Part shown: positions 13,501 through 25,368 of the stretch, in pieces
Layout: each line of letters opens with the position of its first letter
Numbering within the stretch: position 1 is the stretch's first letter
NCBI RefSeq assembly: GCF_964188315.1
Contig: NC_135655.1
Span: 82,894,001-82,958,000 of the forward strand
Reading direction: 5' to 3'
Length of the DNA stretch: 64,000 bases
Origin: Podarcis muralis
Lineage: Eukaryota
Notes under the pieces: generated by a model
Told to the model about the DNA's origin: nothing
Seen by the model: only the letters and a program-made list of their open reading frames with translations
Databases searched by the model: none
Program-made: the position numbers and the translations under genes

Positions 13501-14331
13501 CAAATGGTAATATTATCTCCCAAAAATTTGACACATCACTTGGGAAGACAGGTGAACTAATGCCGGTGTACTGGAAGAAGCAAAGATCACCAGTGCTGAA
13601 GCAATGATTCTTCAGCATCAACTACATTGGACTGGTCATGTGCGGACGCCTGATTATCGTCTTCCAAAGCAACTACTCCATTCCGGACTTAAAATGGAAA
13701 GTGTAATGCTGGTGATCAAAAAAAGAGGTTTAAAGACACCCTCAAGGCAATTTTTAAAAAACGTAGTATAAAAACTGACAATTGGGAAACACTGGCCTGT
13801 GAGCGCTCCAATTGGAGAACAGCCTTTAGCAAAGGTGTCATGGACTTTGAAGATGCTTGAATTCAGGATGAAAGGGAGAAACACAGTAAGAGGAAGACAC
13901 ATTTGGCAAACCCTCACTATGATCAACTCCCACCTAGAAACCTATGTTTCCATTGTGGAAGGATGTGTGGATCCAGAATTGGCCTCACAGTCACTTACGG
14001 ACTCACTGTTAAGATTGTGTTCATGGAAGACAATCTTACTCGGCTACGCCAAAGAAGAAAAAGGATTTACGGGAGCATGACCAAATCGGTTGCACTGGGC
14101 ACGGAGACTTGGGGGTGCCACAGGGAACGCTGAAAGTATGATTTAAAATGAAGCGAGAGAGGTGAGGGGCGCTGAATTTTGGTGTTGCACCAGGTGCTGC
14201 TGAAATTCACGCATCCCTTCCTAGCAATACTCACCATGGAGTGGGCTCTGAGCCTTCTTTGTTTCCTTACTGTCTCTTTTCCTCTTCTTCACCACTTGGA
14301 AGGAGTCTGTGATTAGCCGTTTCCTGCCCAT
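10577..14331 (-). CDS. POLD4: DNA polymerase delta subunit 4 (p12), 110 aa, 4 exons
   Basis: Minus-strand exons 14235-14331, 12053-12151, 11642-11753, 10577-10601 with canonical splice sites give MGRKRLITDSFQVVKKRKRDSKETKKAQSPLHDAVTVQAVQDAAHPDQLETLKQFDLSWQYGPCTGITRLQRWERAELLGLNPPAMVRELLEKHNKDPLVTYSLWHGYCL*. It has the N-terminal PIP-degron KRLITDSF and the QFDLxWQYGPCTGITRLQRW signature. Candidate AATAAA on minus strand at 10190-10195. Confidence 0.96.
12481..12812 (-). mobile_element. Sauria SINE in POLD4 intron 1
   Basis: ggtaaaggtaaaggg tail (reverse of (ACCTTT)n), characteristic body ccagagcagcgcacggaaacgccgtttacc, and reversed tRNA-like head. Confidence 0.85.
13140..14050 (+). mobile_element. 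Internally deleted, decayed RTE-clade LINE
   Basis: RTE-type 5' end (caccttgtcgtggtgagtgggcttg) joined to a decayed ORF 3' end (SAEAMILQHQLHWTGHV..PDYRLPKQLL; C-x2-C cgrmcgsrig). Boundaries approximate. Confidence 0.6.
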
Positions 14332-14849
14332 GGTTCCATGTGGCAAGGCTCACAGAGCATTAACAGGTTGCTCTAAACAAGGAGCTGAGGAGAAGCAGAG
14401 ACTGTTAGACAAGCTGCTGACTAGGACCTTCAATCTCCAAACCTACTGTCCTAATACCAGCTACCAGTCAAAACGACTTTATTTCTGGGAGAAAAAACTA
14501 CGCAAAAAGGTGTTTGGACTCTCCTAGCTGGTGGCCTTCTCCCATGTGGAAGTTCTTTGCCTCCAAACACATTAAAGAGCCTAAGTTTATGTAAAGGAGA
14601 AGGAAGTATATTCTGTGCATGGTCAGAGACCCTACACCTTTGCATTTTCCAGGACTGTGTGTCGATACTGAAAAATTCTCAGCCCGACTCCAAGGCAGGG
14701 CAAAGTCCTTTCCCTGAGCGGGAGGCTATTCCTCTGTCAAGAAGTGCGTCAGAATCCCTTGCGGTCCCCATCCTGGACTCTGCTTCCTCCTGAAGCCTTC
14801 AAAGCAATGCACGACTCGTTCCTCTCTTCATCCAGACCTCGAAAACAGA

Positions 14850-15960
14850 CTCCCCGGTTCCTGCTCTAACCACTGGTTACTCTCCCCCACACCCAAGAGA
14901 CCTGGGGATCAAAACGATCCCCTCCCTCTCACCCCCCTGAACAGATAGATCCCTCTTGTTCCTTCTATAGCAGCCGCCTTCCAGCCTTTCCGAGTCGCCC
15001 CCTGGAGTTCCCTCCCCTAATGCCCAAACGCGGAAGGGCAGGGAGGATCTCTCTCCTCCTGTCACCCCGGAAAAAAGGCTCCGCGACATCTCTAGAAGCA
15101 GCTGAGTCCTTACCAGCAGCTGCGCCGGGGGCTGTCGGTGCTCCCCCCAATGTCTCTTGGGGGCGATGCGAGGACTGCGGGGTGGGAGCTGCTGGCACAA
15201 ACCGGTCCCGATTCTCCCCCCACCCCCGGAGCCGTTCTGGGTCTCCCCGGAGCAGCCGCTTGTTGTTTTTGCACGGATCGGCCAATGGCAGCGCTGCTTT
15301 CGCTTTGCGTTCAAGGCGGCGGCAGCGGAGGCAGCGCCCCTGGCGGCCGACCCGGGGAAGGACGGCGGCTTAAGGCGTCGCAGGTGGCGCCTCTTGCTCT
15401 TCGGGGCCCCGCTATTCTCCCGGCTGTTTCCTGCGCTCCCCGCACTCCATCCCTCAGTCCCGCATCTATGCGCTCTCTTCCTTTTGCTCGAGAGATTTTG
15501 CCGCGATCAGAGGAGCAGAAGCCACAGAACCGCCAGAGGTAGCAACGAGACGCCTGCCGATTAATAGTAAGGCATGGGACATGTCCGGGCCAAAACTCTG
15601 ATCCGGAGACGGACCAAGAAAGGAGCGGGGCGTCCAAACGAGGAAACGCCGCCATAGCAACTTGCCTGCTGCGCTAGCTTAGCCGCTGTTTGGGCAAGGA
15701 GTGGGGAACCGGAGCAGAAAATAAATGCTTTACCTGGAGACTGTTTTTCCCAAAATCACTGAACTAGAGAGCAGCTTTGTCTTCTCCAGCAGCAGTGGTC
15801 CTCTTCCTTACAGCTCCCTCGATCCCTGCTCCTCCGCGATCTCCTTCAGCACCACCTGGTGGGAGAGGCTTGCAGCCGGCAGAAGCTTCCCCTGAAGCAA
15901 GCACTCATCTCTCGTTCTATGGAAGCAGACTCGCCTCTTTTTCATTCGGAGAATCGGCCG
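14850..15960. promoter_or_regulatory. CpG island / probable POLD4 promoter and 5' UTR
   Basis: Dense CpG and GC content 0.5-1.6 kb upstream of the POLD4 ATG on the minus strand; CCAAT near 15282; RFX-like half site ccatagcaac at 15652-15661. The ORFs called here are low-complexity artefacts. Confidence 0.8.
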
Positions 15961-17054
15961 ATTACTCTGGATTATGCGGATCACATCCCACTGGGCCCGC
16001 GGCTGCAACCCAAGAAACAATTTTGTGGAGTGAATGAACCATTTAGTATAACATATACATAACACTACCATCTCTCACTCCCCGAAGCAAAGCACCCCGA
16101 CACACCAAGCTGGACACGACACACACAGTGGGTGGGTGTTCAGCTTTAGTTTCTCATTCCTAATCTGCTTTTATCAACAGGAAGACCACAATAGAGTAGC
16201 TGAAAGCATGGTGGAGCATCAGTAGCTCATATAAGACCATGTTAGAGCACTGAGCACTCCTATAAGCTCAGGAGCTGTGCCTTCTTGCACCTGTGTTGAA
16301 AATAAATCCCTAATTTCAGGTTGTGTAGACACACCAACATTTAAAGCCTATTCACACATACCAAGAATCCTGGGAACTTTAGTTTACCCATTGCAAAATT
16401 TGCTCAATATATTGTTGTGCATAGCATATAACTTTTGAGCAGAATAATAAAATACAAAGTTGATTGGAAAACAGAAGAATGCATAGCTTCGCAAGCTGCT
16501 GTGCATAAACAACAGTTTAAGCTGCCAAATATGTTTTGTCTGGTTCTTCAACAGTGGCAAATACTGATAAATTAATGTAGAATACACAGTGAACTAGTTC
16601 ACACATAACTTTAAACCACAGTTATGGTTCCTAAGAGTGGAAGCAGACCTGAGTAACAGCTTTCAAAGATAAGGAAGCTTCTACTGGCTTCTTTCAAAAT
16701 CAATTGCATTAAGCAAAGGATGAGTTCAGGAGTCACAACTGGGAAGCGTTAACCCCCCCCCCCCACACACACACATGTTAGCTGAAAATTTCCTCCATGC
16801 TGCTAGGCTTCAAAAAAGTGTCTATTGGTTGCAGTAGAAGGTATGAGGATTTTACGATCCTGTGCCAGGGTTTGGAATTTGTGTTTCAAACGTGAGTGCG
16901 GGTTCTGGGTCAAATTCTGGTTCATTTAAAAATCTTGGACTTTGGGGGACAGCCTGGAGCAGGAGTTCATTTCTACAGATAAATATAGTGACTGTTTCAC
17001 AGAACAACAATTACAAACAGCATACAGGCGTCTTTTATTTTTATGTTTCCTTAA

Positions 17055-17069
17055 ATAATAATAATAATA

Positions 17070-17102
<33 letters not shown>

Positions 17103-17105
17103 TAC
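17055..17105. repeat. (AAT)n/(TAT)n microsatellite
   Basis: ataataataataataattattattattattattattattattattat. Confidence 0.9.
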
Positions 17106-17935
17106 TGAATTTCTTAGTCACTTTATCTTACACAGGGCAACCCAAAGCAACTTAAAAATAAAAGAACAAGAGTGAGAACTAGTGCTTTAATGAAAAATTA
17201 TACATAATATATATGGGACAGCAAAGGATATAATAGATTCTTATAGAATAGTAATATATTGTAACCAGAATAGAAATTTAAAAGGGGAAGTAAATGAATT
17301 TTTACTATTTTTATTATTGTAATAGTTGTTATTATTTCTTATTGGTAGAAGGCAATGTTAATTTAGGCTTCTTTGTTTTGCTGTCTGTATAATTTTCTTA
17401 AGACAATAAAATAAATATGCAAAGTTTTTTTTTTTTTAAGAATTGAAGTTGCTGAGCTTTTTTAAGGGTGGAAGTTGCTGAGCTTTTTTGAGGATTTTAC
17501 CCCAGGAAATAAACTGCCACGGGGGCCGGATTAAACCGACTGGTGGGCCAAATTAGACCCCAAAGCAGACTTTGGATATGCCTGCATTAGGCCAACCAAA
17601 ATATCACATTATATTGCGCATGTTTTTGAGTTCTCCCCAAAGTCACAGGTTGGCAATGATTGCCAATCTTTTTTGGGACCATGGGCATATTTGCAAACCT
17701 GATAAAATGTCATTTACAACCGCTCAAATTTGCAATGCAGCTACACACTCACTCTAAACCCTACCCACCCGCAGTCCCACCAGGAATTGCACTTGAAAAA
17801 GGCATTTTCTGTTTTTTTAAAAAAATAATACCAGGGGCGCACTTTGTGGAGAGTGCACCAGCGGAAGAGTTAACCTTTCATCTTCCTGCAATTTCCAGGA
17901 AGATCATCCCACAACAATTACATTGGAGCCAGTAG

Positions 17936-18091
17936 CAATGGCGTAGCGTGGGTTGTCAGCACCCAGGGCAAGGCAAGTAATTTGCGCCCCCTAACCCGTG
18001 GATTTTAGCACTCGAGTGCGAGCGTGCCCCCCCCCCAGATGTTGTGCCCGGTGCAGCAGGCCCCCCCTGCACCCCCCACGCTACGCCACTG
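17936..18091. mobile_element. hAT (Tip100-like) MITE, unit 0 only
   Basis: TIR ca(a/g)tggcgtagcgtggg; 8-bp TSD gccagtag at 17928-17935 and 18092-18099; empty sites near 31468 and 49137. Confidence 0.9.
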
Positions 18092-18428
18092 GCCAGTAGT
18101 ATGCTTTGTTTCCAAATCTAGTTGTAACAGAAGAGGGGCAATTTTGGAAATCGCTTCTGGAGAGGGAAGAGTTAACCTTTTCTTCCTCAGCTATGCCCCC
18201 CCAACACCTCTTCCCATACCAGGTCAGCTTAATCACCTACTACGGAAGGCTTTCTCATCTCTAAAAGGGAAGGACTGGTTGTTACTCAGGTCTGCTTCCA
18301 TCCTTAGGTGAACATTAAATCATAGTTGAGTTTTAACTGTGGTTTAAAGTTACCGGTATGTATGAACCAGCTCACTGTGTACTCTGGATCAACTTATCAA
18401 AATTTGGCACCAAGACATAAGATATATA

Positions 18429-18653
18429 CAGTGGTACCTCGGGTTACATACGCTTCAGGTTATATACCCTTCAGGTTACACACTCCGCTAACCCAGAAAT
18501 AGTGCTTCAGGTTAAGAGAAACAGAAATCGGGCTCCAGCAGCACAGTGGCAGCAGGAGCCCCATTAGCTAAAGTGGTGCTTCAGGTTAAGAACAGTTTCA
18601 GGTTAAGAACGGACCTCCATAACAAATTGAGAACTTAACCTGGGGTACCAATG
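18429..18653. mobile_element. Tc1/mariner MITE (orthologous copy at 50099-50337)
   Basis: TIR cagtggtacctc, TA TSD; the site in unit 1 (~32640) is empty. Confidence 0.85.
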
Positions 18654-19760
18654 TATATATACCCCTGGTGTATAACTTGGAGTGCATTTTCTTGGATTCT
18701 TACTGAAACAGATTGAAAGGGAGCTTTTACCTCAATGGGGAGGTTGGGCATCCTGACTTTTGCATGTTGTCAGAGCTCATCCCATTACCACATTGCAGTG
18801 AAATGAGAAAGGGACCCTGGTGAATGAATACCTAGCTGTCCTGCTCTGAACTTGAAACAAAGTAGATCTGTGCAGGGTTGAGAAGACTTGGCCAAGTGTA
18901 AGCAGGGGCGTACCTAGGGATTGGTTAGGTTGGCCCCCGCTCCTAGGGGGGCGTCAATATCACGCCCCTCGACTCTGGCTTGGAGGGGTGGAGCGCCCAG
19001 CAGGGCGGCTTCAGAGTTGATGATACAGCTCCTTGCCAAGGGCGCATGGAAGCCTGGACATAAGTCATAGTATATGCCGAATCTCTCATGTTCTCTGGAC
19101 TTGTGACCATCTGAGTCAAGCAAAAGCATTTTGCAGCCAAACTTCCTTCTCTGTTGAGACACTGGGAAAAGGGCCAAGGCACCAGCCTGTTAATGGCTTA
19201 TTGCTTCAGGAATTAAAAAAAAAATGCTTAAGTGGATAAATTGTCTCAGCAAGGATGGCATTCCATATAATGCCAGTGGCCCTGCGATAGGCTGCTACCT
19301 TCTTCTCAAAGGCAGACGTGTCCCTTCAGGTAAGCACTGCAGCTGTCATTGTGGACCTCGGAAGGGGACAATCTAATCCCCCTGAATAAGTGGGACTCAA
19401 ATCTTCTTGCCTACCAATTCAGCTCTGCCTCAGTGCTAGAAAAATGAGGAAATGGTTTGACGAGCTGCAAAGGGGAGTTGGGGACTGTCTGAATGAGGGG
19501 CAGCCAGTGTCGATCTCCTCAGCCGGAATAGGAGTCAACTCCATATATCCCTGATCTACAGACATAATTAGTGAAGTAATTTGAGTACTAGAGATTTCGT
19601 GAGAAATGGCAAGTCATTCTGGTTGTGGGTTGTCCGGTAGCAGTGAGTGTAAGGGTCTGATGCATTTCTTTCTGCGTTTCGTCCCCTTCAAGGGCTTCCT
19701 TCCCCCCCACGTTATCTTGACTGGAACCTGACGTAGCCCCCAGCCCCTCTTTGGCCAGCC

Positions 19761-22432
19761 ATGCAGATCCTGACCTGCCCCTCCAAGTTGAAGCTGCTTG
19801 AGACTGTGCTGCAACGGCACCTGCCCCAGGCTCTTCCGGTAATCCTCGCTCCTCTACTGCCGCCCCCTTTCCCCATCAATTTAACAATTCCTACCATTTT
19901 CTCATGGAGCAACATGGATTTTTGCTCTAGCTAACTCCCCTCCTTTCCTTGGCAGGCCAACGGAGCTGTGATGCACATCAACCGCAGAAATCCAGCTCAG
20001 CACGAAGTGGTGGTGGACTCTTGGCCAGAGTTTAAAGTTGTCCTTACCCGCCCACGTAAGGAGGTGAGAATTCTCCCATAACCCGTCACCTGAACCTGTG
20101 AGAAAAAGCCCAAGAGACGGTAGCTTCTGAGGCTGGAAAACCATTGGAGACGCACTCCATGGTGGTGCCGGGCCTGTTCCTGCCTCCTTTGCCTTTTCTT
20201 GCTCCTGCTCTTAATAAGACCCAACCAACCCCCGCTACCTGCGTCCTGTCAATAGCCAAATGACTGTGCCACGTTCTGCAGGTAGTGAAAGACAAGCAGG
20301 ATTGCTACTCCAACTTTCATACTGCTTTCTACCGGGATGTAGACGCCTGGCGAACACTCTTGGAAAATGCAGAAGCAATTGACTGGGGAAAGGCCTTCCA
20401 GCTTAAAGGTAAAGCTCCTCACCCTCTACTTATTCCATTCCTGGAATAGCAAAACTAGCTTCCTGGTAAGGTGATGAGACATTGAGAGGTACAAAGGAAG
20501 TGGCTCTGTGTGAGATGGAAAATGGGTGGGTAGTTTGAAGGGCAAAGGCTGAGTTAAGAGCAGAGGATTGGAGTGATGTGAGCTAGAAGCACATTAGCAA
20601 GCTGGGAAGAGAGAAAGAGAGCAATGTTTGATTTCTGTTTAAATAGAAGGCTGTGAGCATGGGAGAAGCGAGTCCCTCTTGGGGTGTTAATACTGCTCAG
20701 GTTGTGTATATGTGTAAATAAACCACATGCCACAGAGACACCACAGTCTCTGCTATACCTCATTCCAAAGGAAACACCAACCCTGGGTAATCGCCTGGAA
20801 TCCTGGAATTTCGCACTGCTCAAAGACTGGCTGGCACACAACACTATAATCATACAATACCAAGAGAGGTGCAGACACCGAGCATTAGAAAATATAATTC
20901 CTCACCCCCAGGTTGACATCTCATTTTCATTGTGTGCAGGGCTCCAAGATGGCTTATATGAAGCTGCCAGAGAGATTGCAGCGTCCAGACGTGTCAGTCT
21001 TAAGCCATACTTCTACCAGACAACCCTGCATCCTGACCCATCTGCCTACTGTCAGAGCCGGTTAGTGAGTGCATATTATTTGTGGACTGAAAATAACAAC
21101 AGCAAATATTCAGTATTCATTGGACTGTTTTCTGTTCTGGAAAAGGGCTGACTAGCTCAACACCAGCAATTTCTGCTTCTGTTTTCATCAGAATTCTCAG
21201 ATGTTCCTCCGCATAATCAGTAAGCAGTGAATTGTAACCCAACACCAAGTTCCACATCTGATTGCTATGTCCTGGCTTAGTTCTGCCCACAAAACAGGAG
21301 GAGAAAGTCACAGAGTCACTTCCTGAGCTTTTTCTCTTGCAACTTCCTGTTCATTTGTTCCAGTTGATGGTGATGAAATACTTTTTAAGCTTTCAGTCTG
21401 CTCAACCGCCATCACTGTCGTGCAGCGGTAAATTAATCATAGCAGAGTCTTCTTTATAAACAGAATAAAACTTTACTGAAGAAAATAAATTTGTTCAGAA
21501 ACAGCATAGTTAAAGAGCATACACAGAGTGCTCATAGCAGCTATCTGACTCTTCACAGAGGTCCTGGAGCCACTGTGTCTACCTCAGCTTTACATGGCAA
21601 CAACAACAGCACTGTTCACAGACTACTCCATACACAATCCATACAGCTCTCTGACTGAGGCTCCTAGAGAGGCTGGCTACTTTTACAGAGAGAATGAGTC
21701 TTCACCCAAGATGAGTCACGAGTCACAGTGACTTAGCAGTTTGCTGTTAGCAGGCTTAGGCTTGAATGATTGTGTAGGCCTTACCAGTGGTGTAGCGTGG
21801 GTTGTCAGCACCTGGGGCAAGGCAAGTAATTTGTGCCCCCTAACCTGTGGATTTGCGCCCCTAACCCATGGATTTGCCCTAACCCCAGATGTTGCGCCCG
21901 GTGCGGCCGGCCCCCCCTGCACCCCCCACGCTACGCCACTGGGCCTTACTGCTTCTTCTGCTCTCAAGAACCTTTGTCTCATGACAATCACTGCCTCTCT
22001 TTGTATTTCAGGTACAGAAGTGGCCTCTTCCACTTCGGCAGCCTAAACTCCTCCCATTCAGCTCTGCTCAATGAAAACTGGAGTGTTGGGCGCAATGATT
22101 GGAGCCTACGCTATCTGGACAGCCTGATCCACAACTTCCCTAGTGCTTGCCTCCTGGACAAAGAAGAACAGCTGGTTTCCTGGTGCCTTAGTGATCCAAT
22201 GGGTTGTTTGACGCATGGCTACACTCTCCCTCAGTACCGAGGTCAAGGCTGTGTGGCAGCTGTGACAAGGGCAACAGCTGTGAAGTTGCACGCATGTGGG
22301 TTCCCCCTGTATGGTGGGGTTTTGGCAGACAACCAGCCTAGCAAACAGGCATTGAAGCGGCAAGGATTCCACATCTTGCCCTTGACGAATTATGCGCTTT
22401 TCTTTACACCAAGCCTTCAGCCCACAAGATAA
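19761..22432 (+). CDS. GLYATL3-like: Glycine N-acyltransferase-like 3-type protein G1a, 284 aa, intact
   Basis: Exons 19761-19838, 19956-20063, 20282-20408, 20940-21060, 22012-22432 (78/108/127/121/421 nt, GLYAT-family phases). [14 protein letters not shown]..., [38 protein letters not shown]. Confidence 0.93.
21785..21941. mobile_element. hAT (Tip100-like) MITE in G1a intron 4, same family as 17936-18091
   Basis: TIR cagtgg(t/c)gtagcgtggg; 8-bp TSD ggccttac at 21777-21784 and 21942-21949. Confidence 0.9.
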
Positions 22433-23136
22433 TACACTGCAACCTTTCGCTCCCAGAACTGTGCACTTCAGGGTTAGTTAACATCATGGCCAGATTTAGT
22501 AGCCTGCTCTGGACATATTTAAAATTAAATTGAAATACATAGCAAAGCAGCTATTGCGGCTACTTTTCATACCCAATAAGAATTAAGGTTAAAGTTAGTC
22601 CCGATGGATATTCAGTTAGTCTAAAACACATTTTCCCTTCTGTCTCTTTTAAGTCAATCTTAAGTGTTTTTTTAAGTCTCTTTGAGTCAATCCGACTAAT
22701 ATTCTGTACCACAGCATGTCAGGCAGAGCCCAACACTTTGGACACAAATATATCTTGTTTGGATGCCTTCACAAGAGGCACCTTTAGGCAGGGCTCGTCA
22801 TATTTATCTGTCCCACAGAGGTGCCCAGTTTCAGCAAACACATACAATGCATTTGAGACAGACATATATCAGTGACACAGAGGCTGGTTGAGTTGCCTGT
22901 CGCCCCCTGCCCAATGCTGCAGGTATTATTATTTACTAAAGCACCACATCCATTTAATCATTCATTCACTTGCCTCACGTAAAGAGGGTAAATACCTTGT
23001 AAAGCATTGTAACATTACTAGGGATCTTTCATTCGGAGAATCAGCCGATTACTCTGTATCACCTGGATTACATCCCACTGGGCCTGCGGCTGCAACCCAA
23101 GAAACAATTTTGTGGAGTGAACCATTCAGTATAACT

Positions 23137-23467
23137 CAGGGGTCTGCAACCTTTAAGACAAAAAGAGCCACTTGGACCTGTTTCCGAAGAAAAAAAAACC
23201 TGGGAGCCGCAAAACCACTGCGACATTTAAAGCATGTGCGCCGCTGCCCTCCGATCTGACAGTGGGTGGGAAGGTGACGTCGGGACGGTGCGTGACTAAC
23301 GCACGCACTGCCCCCATGCGACGTCACAGCCAGTACAGCGCCCGCCACAGTGGGGAGTGTCGCGGCGCACAATGCGCCTCCTCCCCTCGCTAGTATCCGC
23401 CCCGGAGCCACGGCAAAGGTGTAAAAGAGCCACATGCGGCTCCGGAGCCGCGGGTTGCAGACCCCTG
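23137..23467. mobile_element. hAT MITE with GC-rich core, unit 1 only
   Basis: Perfect 15-bp TIR caggggtctgcaacc; 8-bp TSD gtataact; empty sites near 16045 and 39750. Confidence 0.9.
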
Positions 23468-25117
23468 GTATAACTTATACATAACACCACCATCCCTTGT
23501 TCCCCGAAGCAAAGCACCACTTAGACACACCAAGCTGGACAAGACACACACAGTGGGTGGGTGTCAGCTTTGGTTTCTCATTCCTAATCGGCTTTTATCA
23601 ACAAGAAGACAACTGAGTAGCTGAAAGCATGGTGACTATTTCACCGAACAAAACTTACATACAGGAGTCTTTTATTATTTTTATGTTTCCTTAAATTGGA
23701 AATTATTATTTTTATTTACTGAATTTGTTAGTCACTTTATCTTACATAGGGCAACCCAAAGCAACTTACAAAGAAAAGAACAAGAGTGAGAACTGGTGCT
23801 TTAATGAAAAATTACACTGCATTTCCCCCCCCCCCATTCTCCATTAGTGATAAAACAAATTGCATTCAAAAATTGCAAAAAAGAGAAAAAAGTCAGAGAA
23901 ATCCTCATGGGTTGGATGCATTGTTTTTCTCTCCAATTGTTTTTTCCATTTAGTTTACTCTCTGTAGACCTTTCCTAATAAATATAAGAATTCTCTCATT
24001 ATTCCCCTTTACCACATTTTAAAATTTATCCCTCCAGAAATTGGAAGATCATAAAGATATCTAGTTTAATTATGCTTCACATAGAAACTAGAACATAAGA
24101 GCCCTCTGGATTGGTCAATCAAGTCCAGCATCCTGTTCTCATCATGGCCAACCAGATTATTTATATACATTTACCAAACAAAATATCTAAGATAATTCAT
24201 TCTATGTCAATATGTAAGTACAAGTCCATCCAATTTATCCACATATATTTCCTCACAAAATATCTTAGATACATCCTACAGACATAAAAATAAATTATTT
24301 CTCCAAGACAAAAAGACAGCCCAACATTGCAATTTGCTGGTCATTTCGCAATTGTTGGGTGTAGCCCCAATATTCTTCAAACCTGGTACAAGTACAGGTT
24401 TTTCCCCTGGCCTGCCGAAAGTTGATTTATTTAAAATTTGACATATTCTTAGAGTGTCAGTATCAGATTTGCTTTCCAATACTTTATGGAAACAATTCTA
24501 GCTGCCAATTCTAGCTGATGGAAGAGAAACGTATCTTTATCAGAGAAGCAAGTTGTTGGAAGTTTTGTAGCCATGGAGGGAAAACCAGCTTACTTCAATC
24601 CCAACCCCTACCAATACCCTCCCCAATGGTTCACGAATTGTAATTGACAACAGAACTATTTAAATAATCCCTGTAGTTCTGTTAGACTTGTTGCAGAATG
24701 ATTAAACCAATGACTGAACCCTCTTCTGAGTCCAACCTTCATGCCAACGCACAAGCACGCTAATAGTCAAGATCCGTTTTACGGATCATTTGAACAGCAT
24801 GACAGGGACTGTCAGTAAATCATATATTGCTCAGGTGATCATTAGCTGTTTACAGTGGACCCTCTGGTTACGAATTTAATTTGTTTTGGGGGTCCGTGCA
24901 GACCCCAAAGAATCCGTAACCAGAGGCGCCGCTTCTGCAGACGCAGAAAGCACGATAGAGCATATACACCCAGCGTGCAGAGTGCTTCTGCGCATGCGCA
25001 TGCAGCAAAAACTGGAAGAATACAAAAGGTCTGTGTTGCTATTTTGGACAGCAGGTGAGCAGTATGACAGGGACTGACAGTAAACCATATATTGCTCAGG
25101 TGATCATTAACTGTTTA

Positions 25118-25368
25118 CAGTGGACCCTCTGGTTACGGATTTAATTTGTTTCGGTGGTCCGTGTGGACCCCAAAAAATCCGCAACCAGAAGCGCCGCTTC
25201 TGCGGACACACACAGCATGATAGAGCGTTTCTGCCTATGCACCCGGCGTACAGAGCGCTTCTGCGCATGCGAAAGCAGCAAGAACTGGAAGAATACACTT
25301 CCGAGTTTGCCGCTTTCGCAACCCGAAGATTACATATTCAGAGCTGTATGTAACCGAAGGGTCTACCG
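25118..25368. mobile_element. Tc1/mariner MITE (partial duplicate at 24853-25023; paralog 41790-42032)
   Basis: TA-cagtggaccctctggttac ... gtaaccgaagggtctac(c/t)g-TA. Confidence 0.75.

Noticed and set aside
14877-15660. Several overlapping 60-145 aa ORFs on both strands
   Set aside because: GC-rich CpG-island ORFs with no recognisable domain or consistent splice structure.
18914-19239. ORFs repeated three times upstream of the G1 genes
   Set aside because: Non-coding duplicated DNA including a hAT-like fragment; conservation reflects recent duplication, not coding selection.
24390-24620. Minus-strand AARIVSIKYWK motif (also at ~41.4 kb)
   Set aside because: Probably a very old L1 ORF2 remnant; too decayed to delimit.
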